Positions 49,176 to 60,110 of a stretch of DNA of 64,000 nt are shown piece by piece. The notes beneath the pieces are model-generated. The model was not told where the DNA came from. It saw only the letters and a program-made list of their open reading frames with translations, and did no database searches. The number at the start of each line of letters is the position of its first letter. Position 1 is the stretch's first letter. Origin of the DNA: Bacteriovoracaceae bacterium UBA4573 (GTDB taxonomy: Bacteria; Bdellovibrionota; UBA1018; UBA923); assembly GCA_002387735.1 (NCBI GenBank), contig DGKJ01000108.1, positions 473 to 64,472 of the forward strand. The letters are read 5' to 3'. The position numbers and the translations under genes were made by a program.

Positions 49176-50416
49176 ACCTTCCCTCTTATTTTAATTCGCA
49201 ACTATTCATTCTTGCGGTCGCTCTAATATGCTCCGCCTGTGGACATAAACCCTTCGACAAAGCAGTGCGCGAGTTTAGTGATCCAAGAATTTTGGCACTG
49301 GAAAAAACTGCGCCACCTTCGCCCGAAGATTTTGCCGACGACTTAAACTACAAGAGCCTGCCTCGGGCTCTCGAATCAAGTATTCAAGTTCTAAAATCGC
49401 GGCCCGATGCCACATTGATGTTTGGCGATCGTGAGATTTCGGCACAACATTACGCCGAGGCCTTAAATAATTTTTCTACGTTTCTTCAAAACGCCGCGGA
49501 CGCCAATCTTTCTGAACAAACGGTTTACAAATATGTAATTGAAAATTTCGACTTCTATCAGGTTTACGGAGATCGTGCGCCCTCCCAAATCTTCATGACC
49601 TCTTATTTTGAACCCGTAATTGAAGGCAGCCTTCGACGTACCAAACGATTTTCGCAGCCTATTTATTCTCGTCCCGCCGATCTTTTAGAGCTAGACGTAG
49701 CGGCCTTCGACGAAGGGCTCGCCCCCCCTCGTAAGTATCGAGCTCGGGTAGAAAACGGCAAAGTAGTTCCGTACTATTCAAGGCGCGAAATTGACATCGA
49801 CATGGCTCTTGCTAAGAAAAAATTGGAACTTCTTTGGGTAGATCCGATTGATTCGTTCATTGCCCAAATTCAGGGTTCCGCCACCGTCGTATTACCCAGC
49901 GGCAAACAGGTGCGCATTAATTACGCAGAACGTAATGGTCACAAATACGAAGCACTCGGCAAATTTCTTAAAGCTCATATTCCGCCCGAAAAAATGTCGA
50001 TTCAAGCCATTGAAGCCCACCTGAGGTCTCTGCCAGAAAAAGAATTGCACGAAACTTTGGCGCTGAACCCTAGCTATATATTTTTCGTAATTAGCGATAA
50101 ACCTGCACTAACTACGATTGGAGTACCAGCGGTGGCTGGCCGATCCGTTGCGGTAGACGCAAAATTGTTTCCTAAAGGAGCACTAGCTTTTCTCCGCGGC
50201 CAGAAACCAATATTTCAAGACGACCAAGCTGTTTTTCCGGAGCGCTTTGAAGCTTTTTCGAGACTAGTAGTAGACCACGACACCGGAGGAGCCATCACTG
50301 GGCCCGCGCGGCTCGATTTATTTTGGGGTTCGGGAAAAGATGCTGCCCGCCACGCGGGAGTCATTCGCCACGAGGGTAATCTTTTTTACTTGGCACCGAA
50401 GGTTGCAAAACCGTGA
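49172..50416 (+). CDS. mltA: membrane-bound lytic murein transglycosylase A
   Basis: MltA-domain YFEPVIEGS ... GSATVVLPSGKQVRINYAERNGHKYEALGKFL and the C-terminal 3D domain DHDTGGAITGPARLDLFWGSG. Signal or lipobox LICSACG. Confidence 0.75.
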   Translation: MNLPSYFNSQLFILAVALICSACGHKPFDKAVREFSDPRILALEKTAPPSPEDFADDLNYKSLPRALESSIQVLKSRPDATLMFGDREISAQHYAEALNNFSTFLQNAADANLSEQTVYKYVIENFDFYQVYGDRAPSQIFMTSYFEPVIEGSLRRTKRFSQPIYSRPADLLELDVAAFDEGLAPPRKYRARVENGKVVPYYSRREIDIDMALAKKKLELLWVDPIDSFIAQIQGSATVVLPSGKQVRINYAERNGHKYEALGKFLKAHIPPEKMSIQAIEAHLRSLPEKELHETLALNPSYIFFVISDKPALTTIGVPAVAGRSVAVDAKLFPKGALAFLRGQKPIFQDDQAVFPERFEAFSRLVVDHDTGGAITGPARLDLFWGSGKDAARHAGVIRHEGNLFYLAPKVAKP

Positions 50417-51444
50417 AGGAATACAAGAACTGGTCGTTTGTCAGTGACTCATCCAAAACCATTGAAGTAGAAAAGTTCTTACGCGACCACTGCGGACTGC
50501 AACCCAGAGCCATTTTAAAACGCAAGTTGCGTGAGAAGTTCGTTTTGGTGAATGGGCGCATTGCGGATCGTCTGACTCTCGTTCGCCCGAAGGACCGAGT
50601 CGACGTGCTTCGGGGCGACGATTTGTACATCGCTGCCGAAGGCCAAAAAATAAAACCCAACCCTAAAATCGACTGTGATGTAATTTACGAGTGCAGCGAC
50701 TACGTGGTTGTTAACAAAACGGCCGGTCAACACTCGCACCCGATACGGACTTCCGAAACCGACACACTTCTCAACGCTTTAGTGGCTCGCTATCCCGAAT
50801 GTGCCGAAGAAGGGCGCATCGGACGGCCCCTTGAAGGCTTACTTGTCCACAGATTAGACGAAGGCACCTCCGGACTCATCGTATGCGCGCGCACCAAGTC
50901 GGCGTTTAAACAGTTACAAACACTTTGGGCCGCTCGATCGGTTACCAAAATTTACACCGCATGGTTGCGCGGAACAATTGTAACTGCTGGCACAGTAGAA
51001 CTTAAACTTGAACACGATCCTAAATCAAAAAAACGCATGCGAGTGGCGAGAGCTAGTTCGAAAGACGGATGGACCACCTCGACTAGCATCTATCCGATTG
51101 CTCACGAAAATGATCACACTCTTGTACTTCTTCAAATTCACACCGGAGTCACCCACCAAATTCGCGCAACTATGGCCCATTTAGGCGTTCCGGTTGCGGG
51201 CGATCCGATCTACGGGGAACCCCAGTCCAAAGCTACTCGCTCGGCGACTGTAAAAATTCGGGGACTACCGCACGAGGAATTGCACCGATTCCATTTGCTT
51301 AAAAATCAATTAAAACCTAGTCGATGGCGCAGCCCCAAGCGCACCAGTAAAAACCGCGGATTCAGTCTCCACGCAACCTTTCTGGCGCTTCCGCTGCCCT
51401 ATGACCAGCAGTGGTTCTGTCCGCCGATTCACTGGGACCATTAA
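50413..51444 (+). CDS. RluA-family 23S rRNA pseudouridine synthase with N-terminal S4 domain
   Basis: Catalytic motif HRLDEGTSGLIVCARTK. S4-like KLREKFVLVNGRIADRL. The GTG start overlaps the mltA stop. Confidence 0.8.
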   Translation: MKEYKNWSFVSDSSKTIEVEKFLRDHCGLQPRAILKRKLREKFVLVNGRIADRLTLVRPKDRVDVLRGDDLYIAAEGQKIKPNPKIDCDVIYECSDYVVVNKTAGQHSHPIRTSETDTLLNALVARYPECAEEGRIGRPLEGLLVHRLDEGTSGLIVCARTKSAFKQLQTLWAARSVTKIYTAWLRGTIVTAGTVELKLEHDPKSKKRMRVARASSKDGWTTSTSIYPIAHENDHTLVLLQIHTGVTHQIRATMAHLGVPVAGDPIYGEPQSKATRSATVKIRGLPHEELHRFHLLKNQLKPSRWRSPKRTSKNRGFSLHATFLALPLPYDQQWFCPPIHWDH

Positions 51445-51524
51445 AACACCGGAAACATTTGCCGAGTTAAAAAACGCGCAAGATGAGATAAGGTACGGGC
51501 AAGCACCAGAAGATAAGGAGAACT

Positions 51525-52049
51525 ATGTCTTACAAATATTTATCTGCCGTGGCTCTACTCGCATTAACCGTTTTTGGTTCTCGCGCCGAAGGCGCCGGTC
51601 TCTGGCTGGGCGGCCAAGGCGGGATCGTCAAAGCTAACTCCAGCCAATTCACCGTATACGGTGCTACCGTAGGGGTCATGCCCACTCGTTCGTACTCGCT
51701 CGGCGCATTTTATTTAGTTTCCAATACAAAAACCGCATCGGTCGGACCAGTGACCGCAGAAACCAAACTAGCGTTTTATGGCGGAGATTTTTCCCTTCAC
51801 CTTGATCCGATGGGAGTAACTCGAATTGGAATTAAAGGTGGTTTAAGTAAGGTTGAAGGCAAAGCGCGAGTACTTGGAGTTTCGGTTGGAGCCTCTTCAA
51901 CCGATCTCGCCATTGGACCATCGATTGGTTTTGATTTGAAGCTTGGCTCCGGGCTCAGCATTGGCGCCGAAGGCGCGTATTTGCGGGTCATGGCCGACGA
52001 TTCGTACTCGGCTTTACTCGCACTTGGAGCCCTTAAACTCTGGTTCTAG
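51525..52049 (+). CDS. small outer-membrane beta-barrel protein (paralog of 36196..36729)
   Basis: AAGGAG RBS. Signal peptide MSYKYLSAVALLALTVFGSRAEGA. C-terminal ALKLWF ending in Phe. Confidence 0.55.
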   Translation: MSYKYLSAVALLALTVFGSRAEGAGLWLGGQGGIVKANSSQFTVYGATVGVMPTRSYSLGAFYLVSNTKTASVGPVTAETKLAFYGGDFSLHLDPMGVTRIGIKGGLSKVEGKARVLGVSVGASSTDLAIGPSIGFDLKLGSGLSIGAEGAYLRVMADDSYSALLALGALKLWF

Positions 52050-52058
52050 CGCAAAATC

Positions 52059-53537
52059 TCAGAGAAATTTTTCGCTAAATTCACCGTTGGAATACATGAA
52101 CAATTTGCGTTGACCATCAACTTCAGTTTCTAAATTCACCGGCCGGCGCCACACTTCGGAAAGATTGCGCATGGTCTCGCGAGTATACCGCGAATCCAAA
52201 TCAACGCCCATGTGTTTGTGCAGCATGAGCAGTTCTCCTTTATTCAAGTAGTTACCATCGGCAACGTAAATGAAGGGCTGGCCCATATTGGTCAAACCGA
52301 AGAGGGTTTTTTCTTTTATCTTCTTAAAATCGCGATCAGCTATTTCATACTGATTGGTGCGGCGATTGAATTGATAGGTATACAATTTGAAGCGCTCACA
52401 AAACTCGGGCGTTAAGTACTCGTCGATAAATGTCACGTCATTACAAACGCGCCGTACTTCGAAGATCTTTTCTTTACCTAGTCCAAGCTTCTTGTCCCAC
52501 TGGCGCTTAGCTACGATATCGTCGCACTGTTCGTAGTCTTTACCGAACTTCCCACGATTCCATCGATCTTCTACGTCGCGCAGCAACTCAATACCAATCT
52601 TGTACGGATTAATACGACCTGGTTGCATGGCCATGGTACCGGAATGATGGTCAGCGTAATCAATAACTTCCGAATCACGTAGCGCTTTTTCGGTAAGTAT
52701 TCTTGAATGCCAAAACGAAGCCCAACCTTCATTTAATATCTTTGTTTGCCACTGAGGAGCATAATAATACGCTTCATCCCGAATCATGGCGAGCACATCG
52801 TGCTCCCAAGTTTCTAGAGGTGCGTTATCGAGCAGAAAGGCTAGAACGTCTTTTTGGGGTTCACTTGGATTACGTTTTGATTTTACTTCCTGCTGCGCAA
52901 GTTTTCGTTTTTGATCTTCGATAAAATCTGGCGGATTAATAAACGTATCCATGTATCCGCGCTGGACTTTGATGCGGCCAGGAATATTTCCCGAGTCATC
53001 GTTGTCTTCTTTATTTTTAGCGTTGGGCTTGGGCGTGAAAGGCAAAAACGGATCAATCAAATTCTCCAACGAAAGACAGCGATCAATAAAATTTTCCACC
53101 CGGTCAACGCCATGTCGATCCATAAACTCCCGGATTCGCGCGGCATTATTGGCCATGGTGTCGATCATTTTGCGATTAGTTTTAGAAAACCACGTATTGT
53201 TTTTAAAAAAATCGACATGCCCGTAGACATGCGCCATGACCAACTTCTGATCGATCATCGCGTTCGATTTCATTAAATAGGCGTAGGAGGGGTCGTTATT
53301 GATTACGAGTTCATATATTTTCTGCAACCCATAGGTATAGGTTTTAGAAAGTTGGTCGTATTCCATTCCGAAACGCCAGTGAGGATAGCGCACAGGAAAC
53401 CCACCGAGTGCCGCCACTGCGTTGAGTTGGTCGTGCTCCAGCAATTCGAAAACCGTCTCAAAAAAATCGAGACCGTAGGAAACCGCATATCCCCGAATTT
53501 CGTCACGCAATTTAGCAAGTTCGAGAGGTAAACCCAT
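52059..53537 (-). CDS. spoVR: SpoVR/YcgB-family protein
   Basis: 492 aa, homologous over its length to the SpoVR family (MGLPLELAKLRDEIRGYAVSYGLDFFETVFELLEHDQLN ...). It sits 3' of yeaH as in the conserved prkA-yeaH-spoVR operon. Confidence 0.8.
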   Translation of the reverse strand: MGLPLELAKLRDEIRGYAVSYGLDFFETVFELLEHDQLNAVAALGGFPVRYPHWRFGMEYDQLSKTYTYGLQKIYELVINNDPSYAYLMKSNAMIDQKLVMAHVYGHVDFFKNNTWFSKTNRKMIDTMANNAARIREFMDRHGVDRVENFIDRCLSLENLIDPFLPFTPKPNAKNKEDNDDSGNIPGRIKVQRGYMDTFINPPDFIEDQKRKLAQQEVKSKRNPSEPQKDVLAFLLDNAPLETWEHDVLAMIRDEAYYYAPQWQTKILNEGWASFWHSRILTEKALRDSEVIDYADHHSGTMAMQPGRINPYKIGIELLRDVEDRWNRGKFGKDYEQCDDIVAKRQWDKKLGLGKEKIFEVRRVCNDVTFIDEYLTPEFCERFKLYTYQFNRRTNQYEIADRDFKKIKEKTLFGLTNMGQPFIYVADGNYLNKGELLMLHKHMGVDLDSRYTRETMRNLSEVWRRPVNLETEVDGQRKLFMYSNGEFSEKFL

Positions 53538-53541
53538 GTGG

Positions 53542-54657
53542 TTATTTTCCCTTCCCTAAAAATTCTTTAATGCTTTGAATGATGCCTTCTTTATTTTCAA
53601 TTTTGGAAAGTATCACTCGGTCGTCAGACTCTTCAAACTCTTCACGCAGGTCTTTAAAAAACTGCCCGCTGCCGTAACGACTTTCCACTTGGCCGTAACA
53701 AAACACGTTCACCCGCGGCAGGATGTCGTTATTCAAAAGATCCATGCATACTTTCGTATCTTCACCCGACCAATTGTCACCGTCTGAGAAATGAAACGGA
53801 TAAATGTTCCACTCACTCGGGGCGTAATCTGTTTCAATCATTTTTTGACAAAGTTTGTAGGCGCTAGAAATCAGGGTGCCGCCACTTTCACGAGTCTTGT
53901 AAAATGTGTCTTCGTCCACTTCTTTGGCGGTAGCGTCGTGGATAATATAACGCGTTTCGATGTCGTGATACTGACTGCGTAGCCATGTATCGATCCAAAA
54001 CGCCTCGGTTCGCACGATCTCTTTTTGTTCGTCGCCCATCGATCCCGACACGTCCATCATGTAAATAATCACTGCGTTATTTTCGTGTTCAACGACCGAG
54101 CGCCAGCTGCGATATCGTAGATCTCTTCGAATGGGCACAATCACCGGAGACTTCGAATCGTACTGGCCCAATGAGATCTGCCGTTTGAGCGCTTCTTTGA
54201 AGGACCGTTTGAAATGGCGCAAGCTGTCGGGGCCAACCCGTGCAATGCCGGTGTATTTGTCTTTGACCACTTTTACCGTTTTGTGCCCGCGGGGTTCAAT
54301 TTTTGGAAGCTGCAATTCTTCGCCCAGAATTTCTGCGAGTTCTTGAATCGACACATCTACTTCTAGACTGTGTTCTCCAGCATTCTGGCCGGCTTTTCCT
54401 TCTCCGTCGCCTTCTTGGGGCTCGCCTTGCCCGATTGCGTCGCCCGGTTTGCCATCGCCCTGCCCCACACCACCAGCCTCTTTATCGCCGTAGCGAAAAT
54501 GCGGAATGTCTATTTGGGGCAGAGGAATGGTAACCATGTCCTTGCCTTTACGACCGATCATTTCGCCATGCGAAATGTACTTTTTAAGATCCTGTTTGAT
54601 CTTACCTTTGACGATATTGCGAAACCGAGCGTGGTCGCGTTTGATCGAATAGATCAT
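53542..54657 (-). CDS. yeaH: YeaH/YhbH (DUF444, UPF0229) protein
   Basis: The N-terminus [27 protein letters not shown] and the Gly/Gln/Asp-rich linker are hallmarks of YeaH. A vWA-like C-terminus. RBS GGGGGAT. Confidence 0.8.
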   Translation of the reverse strand: MIYSIKRDHARFRNIVKGKIKQDLKKYISHGEMIGRKGKDMVTIPLPQIDIPHFRYGDKEAGGVGQGDGKPGDAIGQGEPQEGDGEGKAGQNAGEHSLEVDVSIQELAEILGEELQLPKIEPRGHKTVKVVKDKYTGIARVGPDSLRHFKRSFKEALKRQISLGQYDSKSPVIVPIRRDLRYRSWRSVVEHENNAVIIYMMDVSGSMGDEQKEIVRTEAFWIDTWLRSQYHDIETRYIIHDATAKEVDEDTFYKTRESGGTLISSAYKLCQKMIETDYAPSEWNIYPFHFSDGDNWSGEDTKVCMDLLNNDILPRVNVFCYGQVESRYGSGQFFKDLREEFEESDDRVILSKIENKEGIIQSIKEFLGKGK

Positions 54658-54760
54658 GCAGATCCCCCGACTTGAATTCTAACGATTCGATTTAAAAAAA
54701 GCAAAGGTCCACGCGTACTTGCGTTAGGAAGCGCTAGATTCACAAGACCCACTCACATTT

Positions 54761-57700
54761 TTACGGCGCTGCGCGCGAGTCAGATTCAATAGGGGCAAGG
54801 CGCGCGGGTTGCCCAGCCTTCACGCAATGGGGGTACCAACGCGCCTTGTAGCGAGCCAGTGAATCGAGATGCAGCGCACTAAGGTTTTGTTTTAACTGCT
54901 CTTCAAATTGGCGATCTACCGATTTTGGTTCGCTCTGGTCGTGGGAACTCACCTCGTACTCAAAGTTAACCCCCAGATGAAGATTGTACTCTACGCGCGC
55001 GTCAGTCTTTCGGTAACTCTCGCTTTTCTCTGAACAGCTATCGCTGCCTTCTGAAAAGAAATCGAACCCGTCATCATTCGAAGGTTCGAAAGTTATGATG
55101 GTGTGAAGGTCCTCAACTATGCTTTCGGCTACGTTCTCAAATTGCCACCAATTGGACTGGGCATTCGCGCATAAATAATTGGTCGCCGACTCGAAATTAG
55201 TGCCTACTCTTTTTTGAAACGCTTTCATCGCTGAACTAGGGTGGCTCCGGTAAATTTTTCGCAAATTTGGCTGACACACCTTAAACATCATCGTTTCTTT
55301 TAGTTCTTGGGGCCATTCACCAATGAACTTTAAAGCCTCCGCGCGACATTCTTTTTCACTCTTACTTTTGGCCATGGCCTTGAGTCTCTTGCGATCCTCG
55401 GCAAGACTTGCTTTGCGGGAAACGAATATTGGTTTAAACAGTTCAGTGAGAAATTTTTGAACCCCCGTTCGATTCTTTTGAAACTCTTTTTCAATTTTTT
55501 GTTCGACGACCGCACAATCACGCGTGCTTCGCCGATGCTGAACCTGCCTCCAATGAGCGCGTACCAAGTCTCGATATGCTGACTTAAACATTAAATTGAA
55601 CGTCGCATTTTTTTCGTTCTTCTCGCGATAACCACAGTCGGAGGGAAAAGTTTTTTCATTTTTAGAAGTAAGATTCCGTGAGCAATCACCAAAGTATTCC
55701 AATAAACCATCTGAGCCCAAACCCACGTCACGGTCGTAGTTTGCCCCTAGCTGTTCTAACATAGTCAGTCCGCGCAAAAGTTCTTCTAGATGATCGAATT
55801 GAAACGAACCTCCATATAGATTTTTTTTGAACTTTACGATCAATTCGTCAACGACTCGGTCGGCTAGTTTTTGATCTGCGCAGCTCGGCAGTTTAATGCG
55901 ATTGCTGAGGAGCCAATTGGCCAGGCCGTCAAACGACCCGTTCGTGAGTTGATTCCATAGTCGTTGGCAGGCCCGAGCAGTTTGTTCTGGATTAAGCGGC
56001 GGGAACCATTCGTATCGGGGGCGAATGGCTAAATCCGAAGCCATCGGATCGTCGACAATGGCGCGGACTACTACGTTCTCGGTGCGTGGATCACAATTAC
56101 TTTTATCTTTAAAACAAACCCCGATGCCTTCCAATTCGTAAGGACTCGGTAAATCTTCGTCTTCGACTAACGTAAAATCCACGCCAGCCTTTATTCCGCG
56201 TTCAATCCATTTTCCATTCGGTAAAGCAATGCCCGCAAGTACTGTTGCATTAGCGAAGTCCGTATTCGATTTCCTCGCAAGCAACCACTCGACCGACGGG
56301 TCACCCGCATTTAACAGATCATAGAACGTATTTTTCAAAACCCTTAAACGTTGGCGGCCCGAATTTTTAGGGCCATCATAGCCCCAACTTTGAATTAATT
56401 TTTCAAGCTCGTGAGAAACCCCAAGCCCCATAAAGTCTCGCGGATTATAAGGGCGTGAATCAGCGATCGAAGTACTAAATCCTGCTTTTTTTAATTGTTT
56501 TACAAGACTCACATTGCGATCGAGAATCGCTAAATCTAAGAGGGTCCATGGGACCTTGCCATTGTTCATTGCATTTTTCGCCAGTTTGGAACCACCAAGC
56601 AGCTTTATTGCCGCCGCTTTTTTTCCACTTTTATATAGTTCGTAGGCCTTGGCCAAAGTCGCGAAACTTACTGCATGTCCATCTTTTGGGTAGCTAAAAG
56701 CGATCGGGGTACCTTTTTGTTCCGACTCCTCCTTGATTTGTTGCTCATAGGCTATCAGGGCTTTTTCGATTTTTTTCCAGGTTCGTACGATTTGAGGGTC
56801 ACTCTGTTTTTTCAGATCCAGCAATAATCTACTTAACTCAAGCGGGGTGACTCCTGCGTTCTCAAGATTATATTCCCTTTTTTCATTCTTTTTCCCCAAG
56901 CTAGTTTCTAGCGTCTCGATCGACTGGGGCAAACTCCTCAGCGTGGGGTCGGGCCGGTGTTTTAAAACCCAATCCAGCATTTTGTCGTCGCCTAGTTCGA
57001 TGGCGGTGGCTAAAACACTGCGCCCCCAAGCATCGCGCCGATTTATTAGTGTTGGATCGCGCGCAATCAACTGGTCCGCCAAATCAAACTCATTCATTCG
57101 CAGCGCTAACTCGAAAGCGGTTAACCCTGAAGCATCCCGCGAGTGAGCCCATACTCCATTGGCAAAAGCGAACTCTAATAGCTCGGCACTTTGCCATTCA
57201 ACTGCGAGGTGCAACAACGTGCGGCCAATATCGTTTCGGAAATTTCGAATTTTTTCGACGTCTTCGTTAAAAATTGATTTAATCAAAAAAATAGTCCGAT
57301 CAGAACTCCCAACCGGACTGTTGGCTAGAATCCAGTCGATTGGATTTTTCTTACCCACCACTGCGTATTTAAGTGGTACGTCGGCCCGCGCAAACTCTTT
57401 TAAGACAAAGCCATTATGAGCCTTAACCGCTAAACCGAAAGCCGTAATATTTGATTCGTCGTTAAGCCCAACCATTGAAACATTGCATTTGCCCGACTTC
57501 AACAACACGCGCACCACTTGCTCATTACCCGCGGCGGCTGCTGCCATTAAAGAGGTTCTACTGTTTGTTCCAAAGCGAGCGTCGCAATCGGCCCCGTTCT
57601 TAAGCAGAACCGAAGTCAGGTCTTTGTGACCTTTACCGACTGCCTCAAACAAATATTTATCGATCTGAAATACAAGTTTTCGTTTTTTTAGAAGCTTCAA

Positions 57701-57952
57701 AAGCGCATCAACATGCGAAGACTTATTTTTCTCAAACGCTTTCTCAAACTCTTCGGTCCAGCGTTCAAAAAATTTATCGTCGTCTTTAATGCGTTTTAAC
57801 CCACGATAGGTGTATTCGATTTCGTGGGCCAGGTTCTCGGCTTTGCTATACTGGACTTTCCATTCGTCGTCGGAAAAATCCTGCGCGATCGCGTGCGACC
57901 CCACAAACACTGAGGTCACACACGCTAACAGTGTTCTAAAGCTACGCCGCAT
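54761..57952 (-). CDS. secreted ankyrin-repeat protein (about 1064 aa) with large C-terminal domain of unknown function
   Basis: Signal peptide MRRSFRTLLACVTSVFVGSHAIAQ. Multiple ANK repeats (GRTLLHLAVEWQSAELLEFAFANGVWAHSRDASGLTAFELALRMNEFDLADQLI; SLMAAAAAGNEQVVRVLLKSGKC ...). It starts 11 nt after the prkA stop. Confidence 0.7.
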   Translation of the reverse strand: MRRSFRTLLACVTSVFVGSHAIAQDFSDDEWKVQYSKAENLAHEIEYTYRGLKRIKDDDKFFERWTEEFEKAFEKNKSSHVDALLKLLKKRKLVFQIDKYLFEAVGKGHKDLTSVLLKNGADCDARFGTNSRTSLMAAAAAGNEQVVRVLLKSGKCNVSMVGLNDESNITAFGLAVKAHNGFVLKEFARADVPLKYAVVGKKNPIDWILANSPVGSSDRTIFLIKSIFNEDVEKIRNFRNDIGRTLLHLAVEWQSAELLEFAFANGVWAHSRDASGLTAFELALRMNEFDLADQLIARDPTLINRRDAWGRSVLATAIELGDDKMLDWVLKHRPDPTLRSLPQSIETLETSLGKKNEKREYNLENAGVTPLELSRLLLDLKKQSDPQIVRTWKKIEKALIAYEQQIKEESEQKGTPIAFSYPKDGHAVSFATLAKAYELYKSGKKAAAIKLLGGSKLAKNAMNNGKVPWTLLDLAILDRNVSLVKQLKKAGFSTSIADSRPYNPRDFMGLGVSHELEKLIQSWGYDGPKNSGRQRLRVLKNTFYDLLNAGDPSVEWLLARKSNTDFANATVLAGIALPNGKWIERGIKAGVDFTLVEDEDLPSPYELEGIGVCFKDKSNCDPRTENVVVRAIVDDPMASDLAIRPRYEWFPPLNPEQTARACQRLWNQLTNGSFDGLANWLLSNRIKLPSCADQKLADRVVDELIVKFKKNLYGGSFQFDHLEELLRGLTMLEQLGANYDRDVGLGSDGLLEYFGDCSRNLTSKNEKTFPSDCGYREKNEKNATFNLMFKSAYRDLVRAHWRQVQHRRSTRDCAVVEQKIEKEFQKNRTGVQKFLTELFKPIFVSRKASLAEDRKRLKAMAKSKSEKECRAEALKFIGEWPQELKETMMFKVCQPNLRKIYRSHPSSAMKAFQKRVGTNFESATNYLCANAQSNWWQFENVAESIVEDLHTIITFEPSNDDGFDFFSEGSDSCSEKSESYRKTDARVEYNLHLGVNFEYEVSSHDQSEPKSVDRQFEEQLKQNLSALHLDSLARYKARWYPHCVKAGQPARLAPIESDSRAAP

Positions 57953-57962
57953 AAGCTTCGCT

Positions 57963-60038
57963 TTAGGTGCGCTTCTTAACGTCTCCGCGCGCGAAGATTG
58001 AAGCAACGTAGTTGAGCACGTCAGTCGAGCAGATTTCGCAATAACCGTAATTCTTGATCATGCGGCTCTTCACGACGTCGATTTTTTCTTGAGTGGCGCG
58101 GTCGACGACATTTGAAACCAGGCTCGTTAGTTTGATCGAATCCTTTTGGTCCTCGAACAATTTAAGTTCAAGCGCCTTGTGCAAACGTTCGTTGGTTTTG
58201 TAATCGAACTGCCGGCCTTCAATCGCTAGTGCGCCGATGTAATTCATAATCTCGCGGCGAAAATCATCTTTACGAGACTCCGGAATGTCGATCTTCTCTT
58301 CGATCGACCGCATGAGCCTTTCATCTGGTTCTTCGTCTTGACCGGTGTATTTATTCTTTACCTTTTCACGTTGAGTGTAGGCTTTTACGTTATCAATGTA
58401 GTTGCCGCACAACTTAGCAATGGCGTCCTCGTCGGCCGAAATTGCACGTTGAACTTCATTTTTCACGATGTCTTCGTACTCTTGCTTCACCATCGAGAGC
58501 ATTTCTTTGTACTCCCGACGTTTTTCATCGTTCGAAATCAACGCGTGGTGTTTTAATCCTCCGTCGAGTTCGTTGAGCACCATGAAAGGGTTCACGCAGC
58601 CAATGTCGCCGTTTTTGTCATTCACTAGCGCGTTTGAGATTTTGTCTTGAATATAGCGCGGGCTAATACCTTCTAGACCTTCTCGAACCGCTTCCTTACG
58701 CAACTCCTTGACGTTGTCTTCGGTATAACCGGCAAGAGTTTTTCCGTCGTAGAGTTTTAGTTTTTGCATGAGCGTGAGATTGGCTTTTTTCGGAGTCTCA
58801 AGCCGCGTGAGAATAGCCCACATCCCCGCCATTTCAATAGTATGAGGGGCAATGTGTTTTCCACGAATGCGGTTGGCGTTAAAATCCTTTTCGTAAATAC
58901 GCGTTTCGTCTTTTAAACGCGTAATATACGGCACGTCGATCTTCACGGTTCGGTCACGAAGTGCTTCCATAAATTCATTATTCTGAAGTTTCTTAAACTC
59001 AGGTTCATTGGTGTGACCAATGATCACTTCATCTATATCGGTCTGTGGAAATTTTTTCGGTTTGATCTTGTGCTCTTGAGAGGCGCCCAAAAGATCGTAC
59101 AAAAACGCCACATCAAGCTTCAAGACCTCGATAAACTCCACCACACCGCGATTGGCCACATTGAATTCACCGTCGAAATTAAACGCGCGCGGATCAGAGT
59201 CCGAACCGTATTCAGCAATTTTTCGATAGTTCACGTCGCCAGTAAGTTCGGTACTGTCCTGGTTTTTTTCGTCTTTCGGCTGAAATGTACCAATGCCTAT
59301 GCGGTCACGCTCACTCAGTATCAAACGAGTCACGCGCACGTGTTTCATCACCGAAGCCCAGTCACCGTTGTAATGTTTCATGAGCTCGCGATAAATCAAA
59401 CGACTCGGCGGGCACAGACCGCCCAAAATATTCACGCGATAAGGGCCCTTGTTGCCGCGATTTAGCTCGTCAAGCACAGCTTCGCGCGCTTCATCTGGCA
59501 AAAGTTTTAAGGGCTCGTCGTGCATAGGATCGGGATATTCAACAACGTTGCCAATAATGTGTTGAACTTTTCTTTCAGGATCGACCCATTTAAAGGTGTA
59601 TAGTTTACCCTCGTCGGTGCGCGAATAGCGCTCCAATCCTTTTTTCAATAGGCGCGCAATGGTGGACTTCGAACTGCCCACCGGCCCGTGCAACAGCAGC
59701 ACTCGTTTTTCGGTGCCGTAGTTGTAAGCCGCGCTCTTAAAAAAATGAACAAGCTTCATGAGCGGAATATCGAGGCCGTATATGGCGTCTTTTCCGTTAT
59801 CGATAGGGTCCGTGAAGAACTTATACCGCGCGACGTTCTTTTTGAAATCGACGTAACTTTCAACGCCATACGATAAAATCATGTCGTACATTCGTTGAAA
59901 CGAATTGCGCGTGATGAGCGGATTCTTTTTCACGAGATCTACGTACTCTTGAAATGAACCTTCCCAGTGAAACTCTTTGTAGTTTTCAGTCGATTGATGT
60001 TTGCCGACTAAACTCACGATGTCGAATTCACGTGCCAT
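57963..60038 (-). CDS. prkA: PrkA-family serine protein kinase (AAA+ N-domain)
   Basis: 691 aa. Walker [19 protein letters not shown]. Overall architecture of PrkA/YeaG. RBS AGGGGGACACC plus ATG. Confidence 0.85.
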   Translation of the reverse strand: MAREFDIVSLVGKHQSTENYKEFHWEGSFQEYVDLVKKNPLITRNSFQRMYDMILSYGVESYVDFKKNVARYKFFTDPIDNGKDAIYGLDIPLMKLVHFFKSAAYNYGTEKRVLLLHGPVGSSKSTIARLLKKGLERYSRTDEGKLYTFKWVDPERKVQHIIGNVVEYPDPMHDEPLKLLPDEAREAVLDELNRGNKGPYRVNILGGLCPPSRLIYRELMKHYNGDWASVMKHVRVTRLILSERDRIGIGTFQPKDEKNQDSTELTGDVNYRKIAEYGSDSDPRAFNFDGEFNVANRGVVEFIEVLKLDVAFLYDLLGASQEHKIKPKKFPQTDIDEVIIGHTNEPEFKKLQNNEFMEALRDRTVKIDVPYITRLKDETRIYEKDFNANRIRGKHIAPHTIEMAGMWAILTRLETPKKANLTLMQKLKLYDGKTLAGYTEDNVKELRKEAVREGLEGISPRYIQDKISNALVNDKNGDIGCVNPFMVLNELDGGLKHHALISNDEKRREYKEMLSMVKQEYEDIVKNEVQRAISADEDAIAKLCGNYIDNVKAYTQREKVKNKYTGQDEEPDERLMRSIEEKIDIPESRKDDFRREIMNYIGALAIEGRQFDYKTNERLHKALELKLFEDQKDSIKLTSLVSNVVDRATQEKIDVVKSRMIKNYGYCEICSTDVLNYVASIFARGDVKKRT

Positions 60039-60070
60039 GGTGTCCCCCTATGATCCCGACTCCATTCTAT

Positions 60071-60094
60071 CTTTACATCAGTGCGAATGTAAAG
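60071..60094. promoter_or_regulatory. inverted repeat CTTTACAT-N8-ATGTAAAG in the divergent prkA/tldD promoter region
   Basis: A perfect 8-bp inverted repeat within the roughly 70-bp divergent intergenic region. An adjacent 12-bp palindrome TTGCATATGCAA (60105..60116) overlaps the tldD-like start. Confidence 0.3.
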
Positions 60095-60110
60095 TTACGC
60101 TGCCTTGCAT

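Noticed and set aside
53575-54675. Plus-strand ORFs antisense to yeaH (53575..53787, 53791..53982, 54131..54346, 54303..54533, 54370..54675)
   Set aside because: They lie inside a strongly supported YeaH (DUF444) CDS on the minus strand.
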